Positions 28,780 through 38,746 are shown, numbered from the stretch's first letter. The stretch: DNA of 64,000 nucleotides from an uncultured Candidatus Saccharibacteria bacterium (GCA_964573095.1 CAZNIK010000001.1:249004-313003), one strand, 5' to 3'. A program made the numbers and translations. Notes: generated by a model not told the origin, from the sequence alone.

Positions 28780-30750
28780 TCAGAGCTTGGCTTTAATCTC
28801 GGTTATAAAGTCTCTGAGTTCAGCAGCGCGCTCAAATTGCAAATTTGCAGAAGCCATTTCCATCTGAGCCGTGAGATCGCGGATTAAGTGTGTATACTCG
28901 TCCTTTGGCACCTTTCTCAGATCAAGTTTTGGCTTCTCGCTATCTGGAATGTCTGGACGTAAGCCTTTTTCAATATTTTTTATGATGCTTGATGGTGTAA
29001 TGTTGTGCGCCGTATTGTAAGCTTCTTGTAGCGTACGACGCCGGTTGGTTTCATGTATGGCACGCTTCATGCTGCCGGTTTCTGTATTTGCATACATGAT
29101 CACCCTCCCCTCTTGGTGCCGCGCGGCTCGTCCAATCGTTTGCACTAACGCTTGTTCACTTCGAAGAAAGCCTTCCTTGTCAGCATCAAGAATAGCAACG
29201 AGACTAACCTCTGGAAGATCAAGCCCTTCTCGAAGCAGATTTATCCCGACGACAACATCGTAGACGCCAAGCCTAAGATCCCTAAGGATGTCTGTTCTAT
29301 CAAGCGTATCGACTTCGCTATGAAGATAGGTTACTTTAATATTTATTTCTTGTAGATAATCGGTGAGGTCTTCCGCCATTCTCTTGGTAAGCGTCGTAAC
29401 CAACACCCGTTGTCGCTTCGCAGTAACTGCTCGAATTTCGGCAATAAGATCGTCAACTTGGTGATCCACGGGACGAATTTCGATGCGGGGGTCAAGCAAT
29501 CCAGTCGGCCGTATCACTTGCTCAATTGGCTTTGGACTCCGTGAAAGCTCATATTCTGAAGGAGTCGCACTTACATAAATAACTTGGTTAATGTGCTGTT
29601 CGAATTCAGAAAAAGTAAGCGGCCGATTATCCAAGGCGCTTGGCAGCCGAAAACCATGCTCAACCAAGACTTCTTTTCGAGCCCTATCGCCGTTATACAT
29701 ACCCCGAACTTGGGGAATTGTCATATGACTCTCGTCAATCAACAACAGATAATCATCTGGAAAATAGTCCATGAGGGTTGCTGGCTGTTCGCCCGGTTCA
29801 CGGTTGGTGAGGTACCTACTATAGTTTTCGATACCTTTTACAAACCCAGTCTCTTCGAGCATCTCAAGATCAAAGTTAGTCCGCTGTTCTAGCCGCTGCG
29901 CCTCAAGAAGCTGGCCATTTTTCTTGAAGGTCGCCAGGCGCTCTGCAAGTTCGTTTCTAATTTTTCCAAGTGCACCTTTTAGTTTTTGTTCTGGCGTAAC
30001 GTAGTGACTCCCGGGGTAAATTTTTAGAGATGACAAATTTTTTAAAATTTCCCCAGTAAGGGGGTCTATTCTGGTAATTTTTTCTACTTCGTCGCCAAAA
30101 AAGTCTACCTTGTAGGCAGACTCTTCACTGGCAGGAAATACGTCAACCACGTCTCCGCGAACCCTAAATGTGCCACGATGAAAATCGATATCGTTCCTTT
30201 GGTACTGTATGTCGGTTAGATGACGCATAAACTTATCGCGCTTTTTCATCTCCCCAACGGACACTTGAACTGCCATTTCTCCGTAGTCTTCGACTGAACC
30301 AATGCCATAAATGCAGCTCACGCTTGCAACGATAATTACGTCCCTTCGACTCAATAATGAGGCCGTGGCGGCATGGCGAAGCCGATCAATCTCTTCGTTG
30401 ATCTGGCTGTCTTTTTCAATGTAGGTATCAGACCGAGCAATATACGCCTCTGGCTGATAGTAATCAAAGTAACTCACAAAATAGTGAACAGCATTGTTTG
30501 GAAAAAATTGCTTGAACTCACTGTAAAGCTGCGCGGCTAACGTTTTATTGTGACACAGCACGAGCGTCGGCTTTTGGGTATTTTGGATAACGTTTGCCAT
30601 GGTAAACGTTTTGCCGGATCCAGTCACGCCCAACAGTGTCTGCTCCCTCACATTGTGGTTAAGATTTTTTGTCAGCTCGGCAATTGCAACTGGCTGATCA
30701 CCGGTCGGCGTGTAGTCGGATTTTAGCATCAAGGCACTCACGTCTACCAT
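28780..30750 (-). CDS. uvrB: Excinuclease ABC subunit B
   Basis: It has GVTGSGKTF, a DESH box and a C-terminal UVR domain ([18 protein letters not shown]). I chose the ATG at 30750 (MVDVSAL...) because the longer ORF would overlap the upstream gene by about 120 nt. Confidence 0.95.
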   Translation of the reverse strand: MVDVSALMLKSDYTPTGDQPVAIAELTKNLNHNVREQTLLGVTGSGKTFTMANVIQNTQKPTLVLCHNKTLAAQLYSEFKQFFPNNAVHYFVSYFDYYQPEAYIARSDTYIEKDSQINEEIDRLRHAATASLLSRRDVIIVASVSCIYGIGSVEDYGEMAVQVSVGEMKKRDKFMRHLTDIQYQRNDIDFHRGTFRVRGDVVDVFPASEESAYKVDFFGDEVEKITRIDPLTGEILKNLSSLKIYPGSHYVTPEQKLKGALGKIRNELAERLATFKKNGQLLEAQRLEQRTNFDLEMLEETGFVKGIENYSRYLTNREPGEQPATLMDYFPDDYLLLIDESHMTIPQVRGMYNGDRARKEVLVEHGFRLPSALDNRPLTFSEFEQHINQVIYVSATPSEYELSRSPKPIEQVIRPTGLLDPRIEIRPVDHQVDDLIAEIRAVTAKRQRVLVTTLTKRMAEDLTDYLQEINIKVTYLHSEVDTLDRTDILRDLRLGVYDVVVGINLLREGLDLPEVSLVAILDADKEGFLRSEQALVQTIGRAARHQEGRVIMYANTETGSMKRAIHETNRRRTLQEAYNTAHNITPSSIIKNIEKGLRPDIPDSEKPKLDLRKVPKDEYTHLIRDLTAQMEMASANLQFERAAELRDFITEIKAKL

Positions 30751-30772
30751 TGTAGCAATCGCCGACGGTGAT

Positions 30773-31336
30773 TTAAGAATAAATGTCGCGATATTCTTTG
30801 TGGCGTTCATCAAGAAGTTTGGTGAGCTGCCGAATAAGGTCTTCTGGATCCTCACTGAAAACGACATTTTCGCTTTGCAGTTCACCGGCCGCATGCAAAA
30901 TGTCCATTATCTGTGAGCTCACTCCTCCGGCGCCTTGTAAGAAACCGATCGGTGTTTTTGTCTCCATGGCAATCGTAAACTCGTGGAGCGTCCCCAGTCG
31001 ACCACCAATGCTCACCACCGCATCGCTCGAGTTTATTAACAGAGAATCACGACCAACATAATGCAGCCCCGTATATAAGATGCTGTCGTAGGCTTTGGTG
31101 GGCAGACGATACTTGCGTACGTGCTCAATCTTGCTCGAAGCTGGACTTATACCAAGACTCATTACGCCACCGGCTTTTTTATAGCCCTCAGCTGCAAAAT
31201 TCGGTAAACCGATTGTCGCTCCCGTCAGAAGCGCATGGTGGGCTTTCGCAATGGCAGCACCAGCGTGCACGGCAAGCTGTCGACCCTCTTCAACACTGTG
31301 ACCCTTTGCAGCGCCGCTTACACAAATTTGATACAC
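30773..31336 (-). CDS. TIGR00725-type SLOG/LOG-like Rossmann protein
   Basis: [10 protein letters not shown] at the N-terminus and [11 protein letters not shown] (a GGxxGTxxE variant of the LOG PGGxGTxxE motif) are present. The start is GTG, preceded by AGGTGGG. Confidence 0.7.
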   Translation of the reverse strand: MYQICVSGAAKGHSVEEGRQLAVHAGAAIAKAHHALLTGATIGLPNFAAEGYKKAGGVMSLGISPASSKIEHVRKYRLPTKAYDSILYTGLHYVGRDSLLINSSDAVVSIGGRLGTLHEFTIAMETKTPIGFLQGAGGVSSQIMDILHAAGELQSENVVFSEDPEDLIRQLTKLLDERHKEYRDIYS

Positions 31337-31376
31337 TTAATTTTCCCACCTGTTTTGTTGTTATGTACGTGCCACA

Positions 31377-32588
31377 TTATAGTTTGTTCTGGTCAAAAAA
31401 TGAACCAACCACTTCATCATGGAGCACCTGGTGTGAAAGATAGTTCGCCCATAGCTCCTCCCAAAGTTGACTTCTGGCATACATCGACAAAGATACTTCA
31501 AACCCACTATGATTACTCGCATTTATTGCCACGTCGGCGAGATGTACGGAAACTGGCTTGTGCGGCGCAGCAGCAAATAGAACGAATTCGTTGCCTTGCC
31601 AGAATTTAAATCGCTCACTTCCTCGAGCTAAGACTTCAACACTGCTGGAAGTCCTTAGGTCGGCGTGCGTAAGATGGGGCTGCTCTATCCGATTCATGTA
31701 CTCGCTGTTTCCTAAAAGGTGTCTATGAATTGGATTCCAGTGAAAGTTGTAGTGCATGGCAGAAGATTGGTTTAGGCCAAAGTTGCACGCATCGGCTACC
31801 TTTGAACCAAACCGGCTTTCGGTGCTAATAAGCCGAAAATATGCGCTGTATCTTCTCATATCTCTCGTTGTTTCGATAAGTGAAGTTGCTACGCTCAATA
31901 CATCAGAGGAGAATCGTTTGCGGGGAGGTATGACCACAATAGCTCCCGTTTCGTAGCACGCAGACACAACACGCGATGTTCGAAATCCAGTTCGCTCTAG
32001 TTTGAGTCGCTGCTCACCACCGACAACATGGACTCTTGCTTGGATAGGGTGAAAGTTGATAGGTTTTAATTTTTTATATTCGCTGCGAAACTTTATCTGC
32101 CAATCTGGCTTTTCGATTAACTTCGATAGCGTAATAATGATGCTAGGATCGCAGCGCTTCAACATAGAATCGACCGAGCGAAATCCAAGTGCCTTCATGA
32201 ACTGTTTGGGGTTAGTCTTTTTGAGGCACGCTTTAATAGTGCTCTCTTTTATAACCCACAATTCCTTTTCTAGCTCAAGACTGTCGTACCACGTGGCAAT
32301 TTTTTGAACCATTTGTTCAGCACTGTCTTCCCCGGAAACCCCAAGCCGTTTTGCGAGATCATTACTATCTTGATTCACTCGATCAAGCAAGGCGTAATAC
32401 AGCTCCTTCGGCGTTGTATCGTTTTCGTCGAGTCCAAGCTCCGCAATTACTCGCTTTGCGCGAGTACTCACTTCAGCTACCAGCTGAATGTCGTGGCCTT
32501 TTTTGCCAACTTTTGCTTCCCAGTCTCTTATGAGATGTGAAAATTCTGGCTCTTTTGCTTCAAGCAATAATGAAAGCGCACGACTCAA
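31377..32588 (-). CDS. Hypothetical protein, 403 aa, no recognisable domain
   Basis: This long ORF has a TTG start preceded by AAGGAG at 7-nt spacing. It is tightly packed between the PfkB kinase (15-nt gap) and the SLOG gene (40-nt gap). It has no TM helices. Confidence 0.7.
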   Translation of the reverse strand: MSRALSLLLEAKEPEFSHLIRDWEAKVGKKGHDIQLVAEVSTRAKRVIAELGLDENDTTPKELYYALLDRVNQDSNDLAKRLGVSGEDSAEQMVQKIATWYDSLELEKELWVIKESTIKACLKKTNPKQFMKALGFRSVDSMLKRCDPSIIITLSKLIEKPDWQIKFRSEYKKLKPINFHPIQARVHVVGGEQRLKLERTGFRTSRVVSACYETGAIVVIPPRKRFSSDVLSVATSLIETTRDMRRYSAYFRLISTESRFGSKVADACNFGLNQSSAMHYNFHWNPIHRHLLGNSEYMNRIEQPHLTHADLRTSSSVEVLARGSERFKFWQGNEFVLFAAAPHKPVSVHLADVAINASNHSGFEVSLSMYARSQLWEELWANYLSHQVLHDEVVGSFFDQNKL

Positions 32589-32603
32589 AAGACAGCTCCT
32601 TTG

Positions 32604-33602
32604 CTATATTCTGGTTGGTACGTACCACTCTGGCGCCTTTTGAAGATATTCCGCAAGTTTTCGCTCTGCCAAAAGACCAGCTTGGGCGCCAACATGCTGC
32701 ACAACGTTCATCGAGCTAATCGGCGCCCACTGCAGTGCACCTTCAACTGTATTGCCCTTAATTATTGCCGCAACGAATGTTGAGGTGAAGGCATCGCCAG
32801 CGCCCGTTCGCTCCACCGGAGGACCAATATCTGGATAAATTGGCATCTGGTATCGATTCTCTCCATCGCTCGCATAGCTACCTTTTGGACCATCGCTAAT
32901 CACAATAATCTTTGGTCCAAGAGCATGGATCTTATTAAAAAGATCGTGCAGGTCGTCGTAGTTGCCACCACTCACAAATACAGCTTCTTCTCGGTTGCAT
33001 GCAAAAACCTCAGTGCGGGCGTAGATTCTCTTGAGTCTTTCCACCCCGGCTTCCATTTGAAAGGTACCGGGCTGAAAGGCAAGTTTTACTTCGTCATGTT
33101 TTTCCAGCCAATCAGCTAAATCATCATGAAACTCCATCGCGCCTTGGCTGATAGAGCTAAAGTAAATCCATCTCGGCACTTCCTTGGGTTTTAGGTGCGG
33201 CCAGTGGTAATCATAGTCCTCGTGTTTTATCAAAATCGTTCGCTCATTTTTGTACCACAACACGTAGTGATAGTTACTCATTTTTTTAGAATTTATGTGC
33301 ACAAAGCGAGTATCAACATCAGCTTTCTGTAGTGTTGCGATTATATCCCGACCCGCCGAGTCTCCACCGACATTTGCCGCCAGCGCACTCTCAAGTCCAA
33401 GTTTTGCGAAATTCACAGCTGCATTTGGCGCATTGCCCACACCGTTTAGAACCTCACTGTGATCAAACGGTATCTTTGTGGCAAATGGCATTGCCAACAT
33501 TGGTCCATGATCAGATTCATGAACTTCCGCGCGATCATCAAGAAGCTTGATAAACGCGTCTGTCACTACATCACCTACACTGAGTACATCGATTTGCGCC
33601 AC
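32604..33602 (-). CDS. PfkB-family carbohydrate/nucleoside kinase
   Basis: An N-terminal VGDVVTD and a C-terminal TGAGDAFTSTFVAAI anion-hole motif are present. The start is GTG, preceded by AGGGTGG. Confidence 0.82.
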   Translation of the reverse strand: MAQIDVLSVGDVVTDAFIKLLDDRAEVHESDHGPMLAMPFATKIPFDHSEVLNGVGNAPNAAVNFAKLGLESALAANVGGDSAGRDIIATLQKADVDTRFVHINSKKMSNYHYVLWYKNERTILIKHEDYDYHWPHLKPKEVPRWIYFSSISQGAMEFHDDLADWLEKHDEVKLAFQPGTFQMEAGVERLKRIYARTEVFACNREEAVFVSGGNYDDLHDLFNKIHALGPKIIVISDGPKGSYASDGENRYQMPIYPDIGPPVERTGAGDAFTSTFVAAIIKGNTVEGALQWAPISSMNVVQHVGAQAGLLAERKLAEYLQKAPEWYVPTRI

Positions 33603-33677
33603 TCTTGTTCCACCCTTTTGTTTATGCTTATGCTCTGTATTCTACAGATCCGTGATATCTGTTGCAATAGCTCGTCT

Positions 33678-34592
33678 TCACGCGCGCTGCGCCTTACCGA
33701 CGCTGCCAAACGCGTCCATTTTTGTCTCGACCACGCCTTGGACGGAGTCAATGACCCTATCCATCAGCTTTATCACCGCAAATTCGTCTGGATTTTCTTC
33801 TAGAACTTTCACCAGCGTGTTTCGAAACGCAACCCGCATATCAGAGTTTATATTGATCTTACTCACCCCTATCTTGGCCGCGCTCTCGAAGTAGTGGAGA
33901 GGCGTGCCGCTCCCCCCATGAAGACTAATGTTGCAGTCAACTGCGTGTCGTATCTCGCGGAGTAAATCAAGATCAATTTTTTTTGGAACTGGATACTTGC
34001 CATGAAGATTTCCGACTGCCGCGGCGAAGGTGTCAATGCCAGTTGCTTCTACGAAGGCCCGTGCCCCTTCGGGTGTGCTGAAGGTTTTTTTTATCAACCC
34101 ATAGTCGATTTTTTCTTTGTGTACGTTAGAACTACCTCCAAAATAGTGGGGTTCGCTTTCTACCAAGGCGCCTGTCAGCCTGGCATAATCTACCACTTCT
34201 TTGGTTTTTTCGACTATTACCTCATCACTGGCATCGTGGTCAGCTTGAGATATATCAATATGGATAAACTCAAACCCTGCTTCAATACCTGCAATTGCTT
34301 TTTCTACACTGGGGCTGTGGTCCAGATTAATATATATTTCAATCCCGAACTCTTCTTTGTAGTTGTCAACGAGGTCGCGGATATTCTCTATACCAAGCGA
34401 TGTTACTTCACCGTCGCTCACCTCAACAAGTACGGGCGCTTTTTTGGCGAGGGCTGCCCGCACGACCGCTTTGAGGGTTTCTTGATTATCGAGATTGAAT
34501 GCACCGACCGCAAAGCGTTCAGCTCTTGCTCGCTGCATAAGCGCTCGAGCATGGGTCGAGTTTTCTCTCATTTGCCTAAGCGTAAGCGACAT
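33678..34592 (-). CDS. fba: Class II fructose-bisphosphate aldolase
   Basis: It has FAVGAFNLDN, HLDHS-like (NLDHSPS) and SLHGGSGTP motifs. The start is ambiguous between the ATGs at 34592 and 34601. The ORF-track N-terminal extension to 34718 is not aldolase-like. Confidence 0.85.
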   Translation of the reverse strand: MSLTLRQMRENSTHARALMQRARAERFAVGAFNLDNQETLKAVVRAALAKKAPVLVEVSDGEVTSLGIENIRDLVDNYKEEFGIEIYINLDHSPSVEKAIAGIEAGFEFIHIDISQADHDASDEVIVEKTKEVVDYARLTGALVESEPHYFGGSSNVHKEKIDYGLIKKTFSTPEGARAFVEATGIDTFAAAVGNLHGKYPVPKKIDLDLLREIRHAVDCNISLHGGSGTPLHYFESAAKIGVSKININSDMRVAFRNTLVKVLEENPDEFAVIKLMDRVIDSVQGVVETKMDAFGSVGKAQRA

Positions 34593-34602
34593 AATGATCA
34601 TT

Positions 34603-34610
34603 AGTATAGC
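34603..34610 (-). promoter_or_regulatory. Extended -10 (TGcTATACT) 10 nt upstream of the fba ATG at 34592
   Basis: The minus strand reads ttctTTGcTATACTaatgatcattATG, with no SD. Confidence 0.4.
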
Positions 34611-34719
34611 AAAGAAACCACACGACAGTAGCTTGGCTCTTTTTTGTATAATGGCATCAGAACTGAAAATACGGAGTTCGGTATGCCCCACGAAGCGCCG
34701 AGAGAAAAGGAGAGGCACA

Positions 34720-35697
34720 TTAAAGGTCGTTTAGTAGGTGGTGTGCTTGAAGAATGATGTGCTTCGCAGTGAGACCAAAGTGTTCAAGCAGTTCATCTGG
34801 CGTTCCTGACTCGCCAAATCTATCTTTCATTCCCATGCGGACGATTCTTGTTGGGTGATGTTCGCTGAGAAGTTCGCTAATCGCACCACCGAGACCCCCG
34901 ATTACTTGGCCCTCTTCGATGGTAATAACGGCCTTTGTTTTTTGCACACTCTTCAGAATAGTGACGGCGTCAAGCGGCTTGATGGTTGGTGTATGTACAA
35001 CTTCGACATCAATCCCTTGCGTAAATAATTTCTCGGCGGCCACCAAGGCTTGAAACGTCATAGTTCCAGTAGCGATAATGGTGAGATCATTGCCGTGGAC
35101 AAGCTCGTAGGCTTTACCGATTTCAAACGGTGTATCCGCGGTAGTAAAAACTGGGGTCGGCTCCCTCGCGAGGCGCAAGTACGCAGGTCTGGGGTCTTTT
35201 GCAAGCGCCAAAGTGGCTTTTTCAGCTTCAACGCTGTCGCCCGGGGCAATCACAACCATATTCGGGAGTACTCTCATTAGTGCAATGTCTTCAAGCATTT
35301 GGTGGGTTGCGCCGTCGGGCCCAACGCTTATTCCTGCGTGTGAACCAACAACCTTAACCGGCATATCATTGAGACAAATTGTGGTTCTTATCTGCTCCCA
35401 GTTGCGTCCAGGACTAAATGCCGCATAACTGCTCACGAAGGGGATTTTTCCCATGGCAGCCATACCGGAACCCACCGTGACTAAGTTTTGTTCCGCGACA
35501 CCAATTTCTACAAATCTGTCGGGAAATGCTGCCTTAAACAAACTCATTTGGGTGCTGTCGGTTAGATCAGCACACGCCGCAACCACCTCTTGGTTTTGTT
35601 TCCCGGCTTCTAATAAACCTCTTCCAAACCCTTTTCTTACAGGCTCTTTTGGAATGTTGGCATCCAAGATATTCTGAACGAGATGCATATTACTCAT
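34720..35697 (-). CDS. Transketolase, C-terminal (pyrimidine-binding) subunit
   Basis: It has FVEIGVAEQNLV and GATHQMLEDIALMR motifs. It overlaps the N-terminal subunit gene by 4 nt. Confidence 0.92.
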   Translation of the reverse strand: MSNMHLVQNILDANIPKEPVRKGFGRGLLEAGKQNQEVVAACADLTDSTQMSLFKAAFPDRFVEIGVAEQNLVTVGSGMAAMGKIPFVSSYAAFSPGRNWEQIRTTICLNDMPVKVVGSHAGISVGPDGATHQMLEDIALMRVLPNMVVIAPGDSVEAEKATLALAKDPRPAYLRLAREPTPVFTTADTPFEIGKAYELVHGNDLTIIATGTMTFQALVAAEKLFTQGIDVEVVHTPTIKPLDAVTILKSVQKTKAVITIEEGQVIGGLGGAISELLSEHHPTRIVRMGMKDRFGESGTPDELLEHFGLTAKHIILQAHHLLNDL

Positions 35698-36551
35698 TCG
35701 TGCTCTCCGCGTATTTTGCCTTGAAGCGTCCGAATGTCATGCAATGCTTTCTTGGCCTGTTCATGATTCGGCGGCATGCCATGCCAATGAAAATCGTACT
35801 CCATAAAATGCACACCCTTGCCAGGTATAGTGTGCGCAATAATCACGACAGGCTTGTCAACAATAGCCCTCGCTAGCGAGCACGCTTCAATAACTGCTTC
35901 AATATCGTTTCCGTCAATTTCCAGGACATGCCACCCAAACGACTCCCATTTTGCACGTAAATCCTCGAGTGGCATCACATGTTCTGTTTGCCCGTCAATT
36001 TGTATGTTATTTCTGTCAACAATTCCAACCAAATTTCCAAGCTTATATTTTCCAGCCAACATTGCGGCTTCCCATATATTGCCCTCATCCAACTCGCCGT
36101 CACCCATAACGACATACACCCATCGATGGACGTCATTGTTCATCCTCATGGCAAGCGCCATGCCCGCGCCTTGACTAAGACCCGATCCGAGCGGCCCGCT
36201 GGTTGTTTCGAGTCCAGGAAGTTTTGTTCTTTCGGGGTGTCCTTGAAGCCGAGACCCAAGCTTTCGAAGTGTCATAAGCTCTTTTTTTTCAAAATAGCCA
36301 GCATGCGCCATGGCAACGTAACGAACAGGGACACAATGACCATTGCTGAGAAGTAGAATGTCTCGTTGATCCCACTCCGGCCGCTTGGGGTCGTGCTTAA
36401 GTACGTCGAAGTATAATGCCGTAAAAACGTCAGCCAGCCCCAGCGGACCGGCGCTGTGCCCACTACCAGCCTCCTCGAGGCTTCGAATAATGTCAACTCG
36501 AAGCGCCGTCGATAGCTCTTGAAGCTGTTTTAGTGTGTGTGTTTTTGGCAT
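35694..36551 (-). CDS. Transketolase, N-terminal (TPP-binding) subunit
   Basis: It has SGHSAGPLG, GDGELDEGNIWEA and IAHTIPGKGV motifs. I chose the ATG at 36551 (MPKTHTLKQL). Confidence 0.92.
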   Translation of the reverse strand: MPKTHTLKQLQELSTALRVDIIRSLEEAGSGHSAGPLGLADVFTALYFDVLKHDPKRPEWDQRDILLLSNGHCVPVRYVAMAHAGYFEKKELMTLRKLGSRLQGHPERTKLPGLETTSGPLGSGLSQGAGMALAMRMNNDVHRWVYVVMGDGELDEGNIWEAAMLAGKYKLGNLVGIVDRNNIQIDGQTEHVMPLEDLRAKWESFGWHVLEIDGNDIEAVIEACSLARAIVDKPVVIIAHTIPGKGVHFMEYDFHWHGMPPNHEQAKKALHDIRTLQGKIRGEHE

Positions 36552-36561
36552 CTTGCTTACG

Positions 36562-36570
36562 ATTATAGCA
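36562..36570 (-). promoter_or_regulatory. Extended -10 (TGcTATAAT) 10 nt upstream of the transketolase ATG
   Basis: The minus strand reads aatTGcTATAATcgtaagcaagATG, in the 31-nt gap after rpe. Confidence 0.45.
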
Positions 36571-36582
36571 ATTCGAGATAAA

Positions 36583-37212
36583 TTATCTAATTTGTTGACG
36601 CATATGCTCAAAGGCGAGCTCGGGGTCATCAGCATTTTGAATGTAGCCACCAACATTTAAAACATCAATACCGCCCTCGATAAGGAGTTTTGCGTTCTGA
36701 TCATTCACTCCTCCGTCCCACCCAATTTCTAAGTCCTTGTGATGAGCTTTGGCTTCTGCCGCTTTTGGCAATTGCTGCAGATCAGCCTCGCCACCGAAAT
36801 GCCCCAAATGCCCACCAAAGATAAGTAAATGATCAAAGCTGTGGAGTATCTGCTCAATATTTTTTATCGGTGTCTCTGGCAAAACTGCCAGGCCTGCCTT
36901 AATCCCCTCTTTGTGCAGCTCGGCGGCAAAGTGCATATGGTGAATCATTGCCTCGACATGAATAATTGCCATCTGTGGTTTTATAAGGATAACCTGTTCA
37001 ATGACTTCAAAAGGATTTTGATACATCAAGTGCAGGTCGACAACCAGCGTCGGCGGCCACCAGACATCTTTTGGGGCTATGGTTTTTGGGTCGGTAAATA
37101 TTCCGTCAGTGAGATCAACCTGTATTCGGGTGGCAAACGGTGTTAGCCGTTTAATCTGAGAGTTGTATTCTTCGACGGAATGGGCCAGCACCGTCGGACA
37201 AACTGTACTCAT
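36583..37212 (-). CDS. rpe: Ribulose-phosphate 3-epimerase family protein (divergent)
   Basis: The TIM-barrel pattern is VDLHLMYQNP, IHVEA, GLAVLP and GWDGGVN. It is more divergent than typical Rpe. Confidence 0.7.
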   Translation of the reverse strand: MSTVCPTVLAHSVEEYNSQIKRLTPFATRIQVDLTDGIFTDPKTIAPKDVWWPPTLVVDLHLMYQNPFEVIEQVILIKPQMAIIHVEAMIHHMHFAAELHKEGIKAGLAVLPETPIKNIEQILHSFDHLLIFGGHLGHFGGEADLQQLPKAAEAKAHHKDLEIGWDGGVNDQNAKLLIEGGIDVLNVGGYIQNADDPELAFEHMRQQIR

Positions 37213-37218
37213 GACGTT

Positions 37219-37659
37219 CTATTGATCAAGTTCATTTAAGCGCCGGATAAATCGGGGGGCGTTGGCAAATGGAGTATTGAGCCACGTCTCTACAATCACA
37301 TCTGCTTCTTTCTCTTCGATAATTCTCGCCGGCAAACAAAGCATGTTGCTATTGTCATCGTTTCGGACTTCTTTTGCCGACTGACGATCCCAGCACAAAC
37401 CAGCCCGTATACCCTTGTGCCTATTCGCCGCCATGCACATGCCCTGCCCACTACCACACAGCAATATACCCCGAGGGTCTGGGTCATCAGAGTTACGAAT
37501 CGCGTTTACCACCTTGGCGGCAAATAACGGAAAATCATCTTCGGGGTCGAGATGGTCATCCCCCTCATCAACCACTTTGTAGCCCGCGCGAGTGAGATAC
37601 TCAACTAGCTTGTACTTCAACGCAAATCCGTTATGATCTGCGCCAATATAGATAATCAC
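37219..37659 (-). CDS. rpiB: Ribose-5-phosphate isomerase B (RpiB/LacAB family)
   Basis: It has IIYIGADHNGFALK and LLCGSGQGMCMAANR motifs. I chose the GTG at 37659, since no ATG lies nearby. The longer ORF-track N-terminus would overlap gap. Confidence 0.85.
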   Translation of the reverse strand: MIIYIGADHNGFALKYKLVEYLTRAGYKVVDEGDDHLDPEDDFPLFAAKVVNAIRNSDDPDPRGILLCGSGQGMCMAANRHKGIRAGLCWDRQSAKEVRNDDNSNMLCLPARIIEEKEADVIVETWLNTPFANAPRFIRRLNELDQ

Positions 37660-37669
37660 AGCTTGCCTA

Positions 37670-38686
37670 CTATACTTTCTTGATGGTCTTGCCGACGTCA
37701 GCAACCAACTCGACCAAACGATTACTATATCCCCATTCGTTGTCATACCACACGACAACTTTTGCGAGATTTCCGCCAACCACATTGGTCAGTAATAGAT
37801 CCACAACACCGCTGTGACTATTACCAACATAGTCTTTGCTCACCAAGGGTTCTTCGCTCACATCAAGTATTCCTTGGTAATAAGGCTCCTTCACGGCTTT
37901 TTTGAACACCGAATTAATCTCTTGGATCGTCGCGTCTTTTTTTAGCACCATCGTGACGTCACTAATACTCACAACAGGACTTGGGACGCGTATGCTGAGT
38001 CCATCAAATTTTCCTTTTAGCTCGGGCACAGCCAGCGTCACTGCAATTGCCGCCCCGGTCGTAGTTGGCACGATATTTTCGGCTGCCGCTCGAGATTCTC
38101 GTAAGTCCTTTGCGGGCGCATCTTGCAGTGCTTGAGTTGCGGTGTAACTATGAACGGTCGTAAGCATGGCGTTTTCAATCCCAAAAGCCTCGCTCATAAT
38201 AGACATAATTGCCGCAACTGAGTTCGTCGTACAGCTTGCGTTACTCACAATATCACCGGCGTGCTCGAGCGCGTCTTCGTTTGCACCAATCACAAGCGTG
38301 TCGACATCTGCACTCTTCGTGGGCGCAGAAATAACTACTTTCTTGGCGCCCGCCGTAAGATGTTGGCTGGCATCTTCCTTTTTCGTGAAGCGCCCCGTTG
38401 ACTCAATCACCACATCAACGCCGTACTCGCCCCAAGGAAGTTTTGTCGGATCCTTCTCGGCACTCACTGGAATCTTGTGTCCGTCGACAATAATATGAGA
38501 TTCATCAGAGGACACCTCGTGGTCATATGCACCATAGCTACTATCGTGCTTGAGCAGATAGCCCAACGTTGATGTAGCAGTAAGATCGTTAATTGCGACT
38601 ATCTCTAGATCCGTTCGATCAAACGCAATTTTGAAGGCATTTCTTCCAATTCTTCCAAAACCGTTAATAGCCACCTTTGTCTTCAT
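37670..38686 (-). CDS. gap: Glyceraldehyde-3-phosphate dehydrogenase
   Basis: It has INGFGRIGR and the active site ASCTTNS. The SD is AGAGGTGG. Confidence 0.96.
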   Translation of the reverse strand: MKTKVAINGFGRIGRNAFKIAFDRTDLEIVAINDLTATSTLGYLLKHDSSYGAYDHEVSSDESHIIVDGHKIPVSAEKDPTKLPWGEYGVDVVIESTGRFTKKEDASQHLTAGAKKVVISAPTKSADVDTLVIGANEDALEHAGDIVSNASCTTNSVAAIMSIMSEAFGIENAMLTTVHSYTATQALQDAPAKDLRESRAAAENIVPTTTGAAIAVTLAVPELKGKFDGLSIRVPSPVVSISDVTMVLKKDATIQEINSVFKKAVKEPYYQGILDVSEEPLVSKDYVGNSHSGVVDLLLTNVVGGNLAKVVVWYDNEWGYSNRLVELVADVGKTIKKV

Positions 38687-38716
38687 TTTTCCACCTCTTT
38701 AGTTTAGCTAATGGTT

Positions 38717-38746
38717 ATTTTAGCCCTACACCGTCAGCTTACGCAA
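38717..38746 (-). promoter_or_regulatory. Candidate gap promoter (-35 TTGCGT, 18 nt, -10 TAAAAT)
   Basis: The minus strand reads TTGCGTaagctgacggtgtagggcTAAAAT, about 30 nt upstream of the SD. Confidence 0.4.

Noticed and set aside
30751-30894. N-terminal extensions proposed by the ORF track. They affect uvrB (to 30894), transketolase-N (to 36656), rpiB (to 37785), rmuC (to 50225), the ZIP gene (to 50967), zur (from 50974), the cytochrome b5 gene (from 61691), fba (to 34718), pheS (to 48181), nusA (to 10073) and rplS (to 14300).
   Set aside because: The extensions overlap neighbouring genes or intergenic promoters. They start at non-ATG codons that the track translates as M, and they add non-homologous residues ahead of conserved family N-termini. 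Shorter starts with an SD or a -10 signal fit better.
34002-34604. 200-aa plus-strand ORF. There are similar long antisense ORFs at 22480-22929, 23763-24287, 24359-24874, 39691-40134, 7811-8173 and 47784-48185.
   Set aside because: Each lies entirely antisense to a gene with strong family motifs (fba, ytxH, galU/gatB, GDPD, clpC, pheS). Their translated sequences are low-complexity or Cys/Arg/Ser-rich shadow-frame products with no start-site signals.
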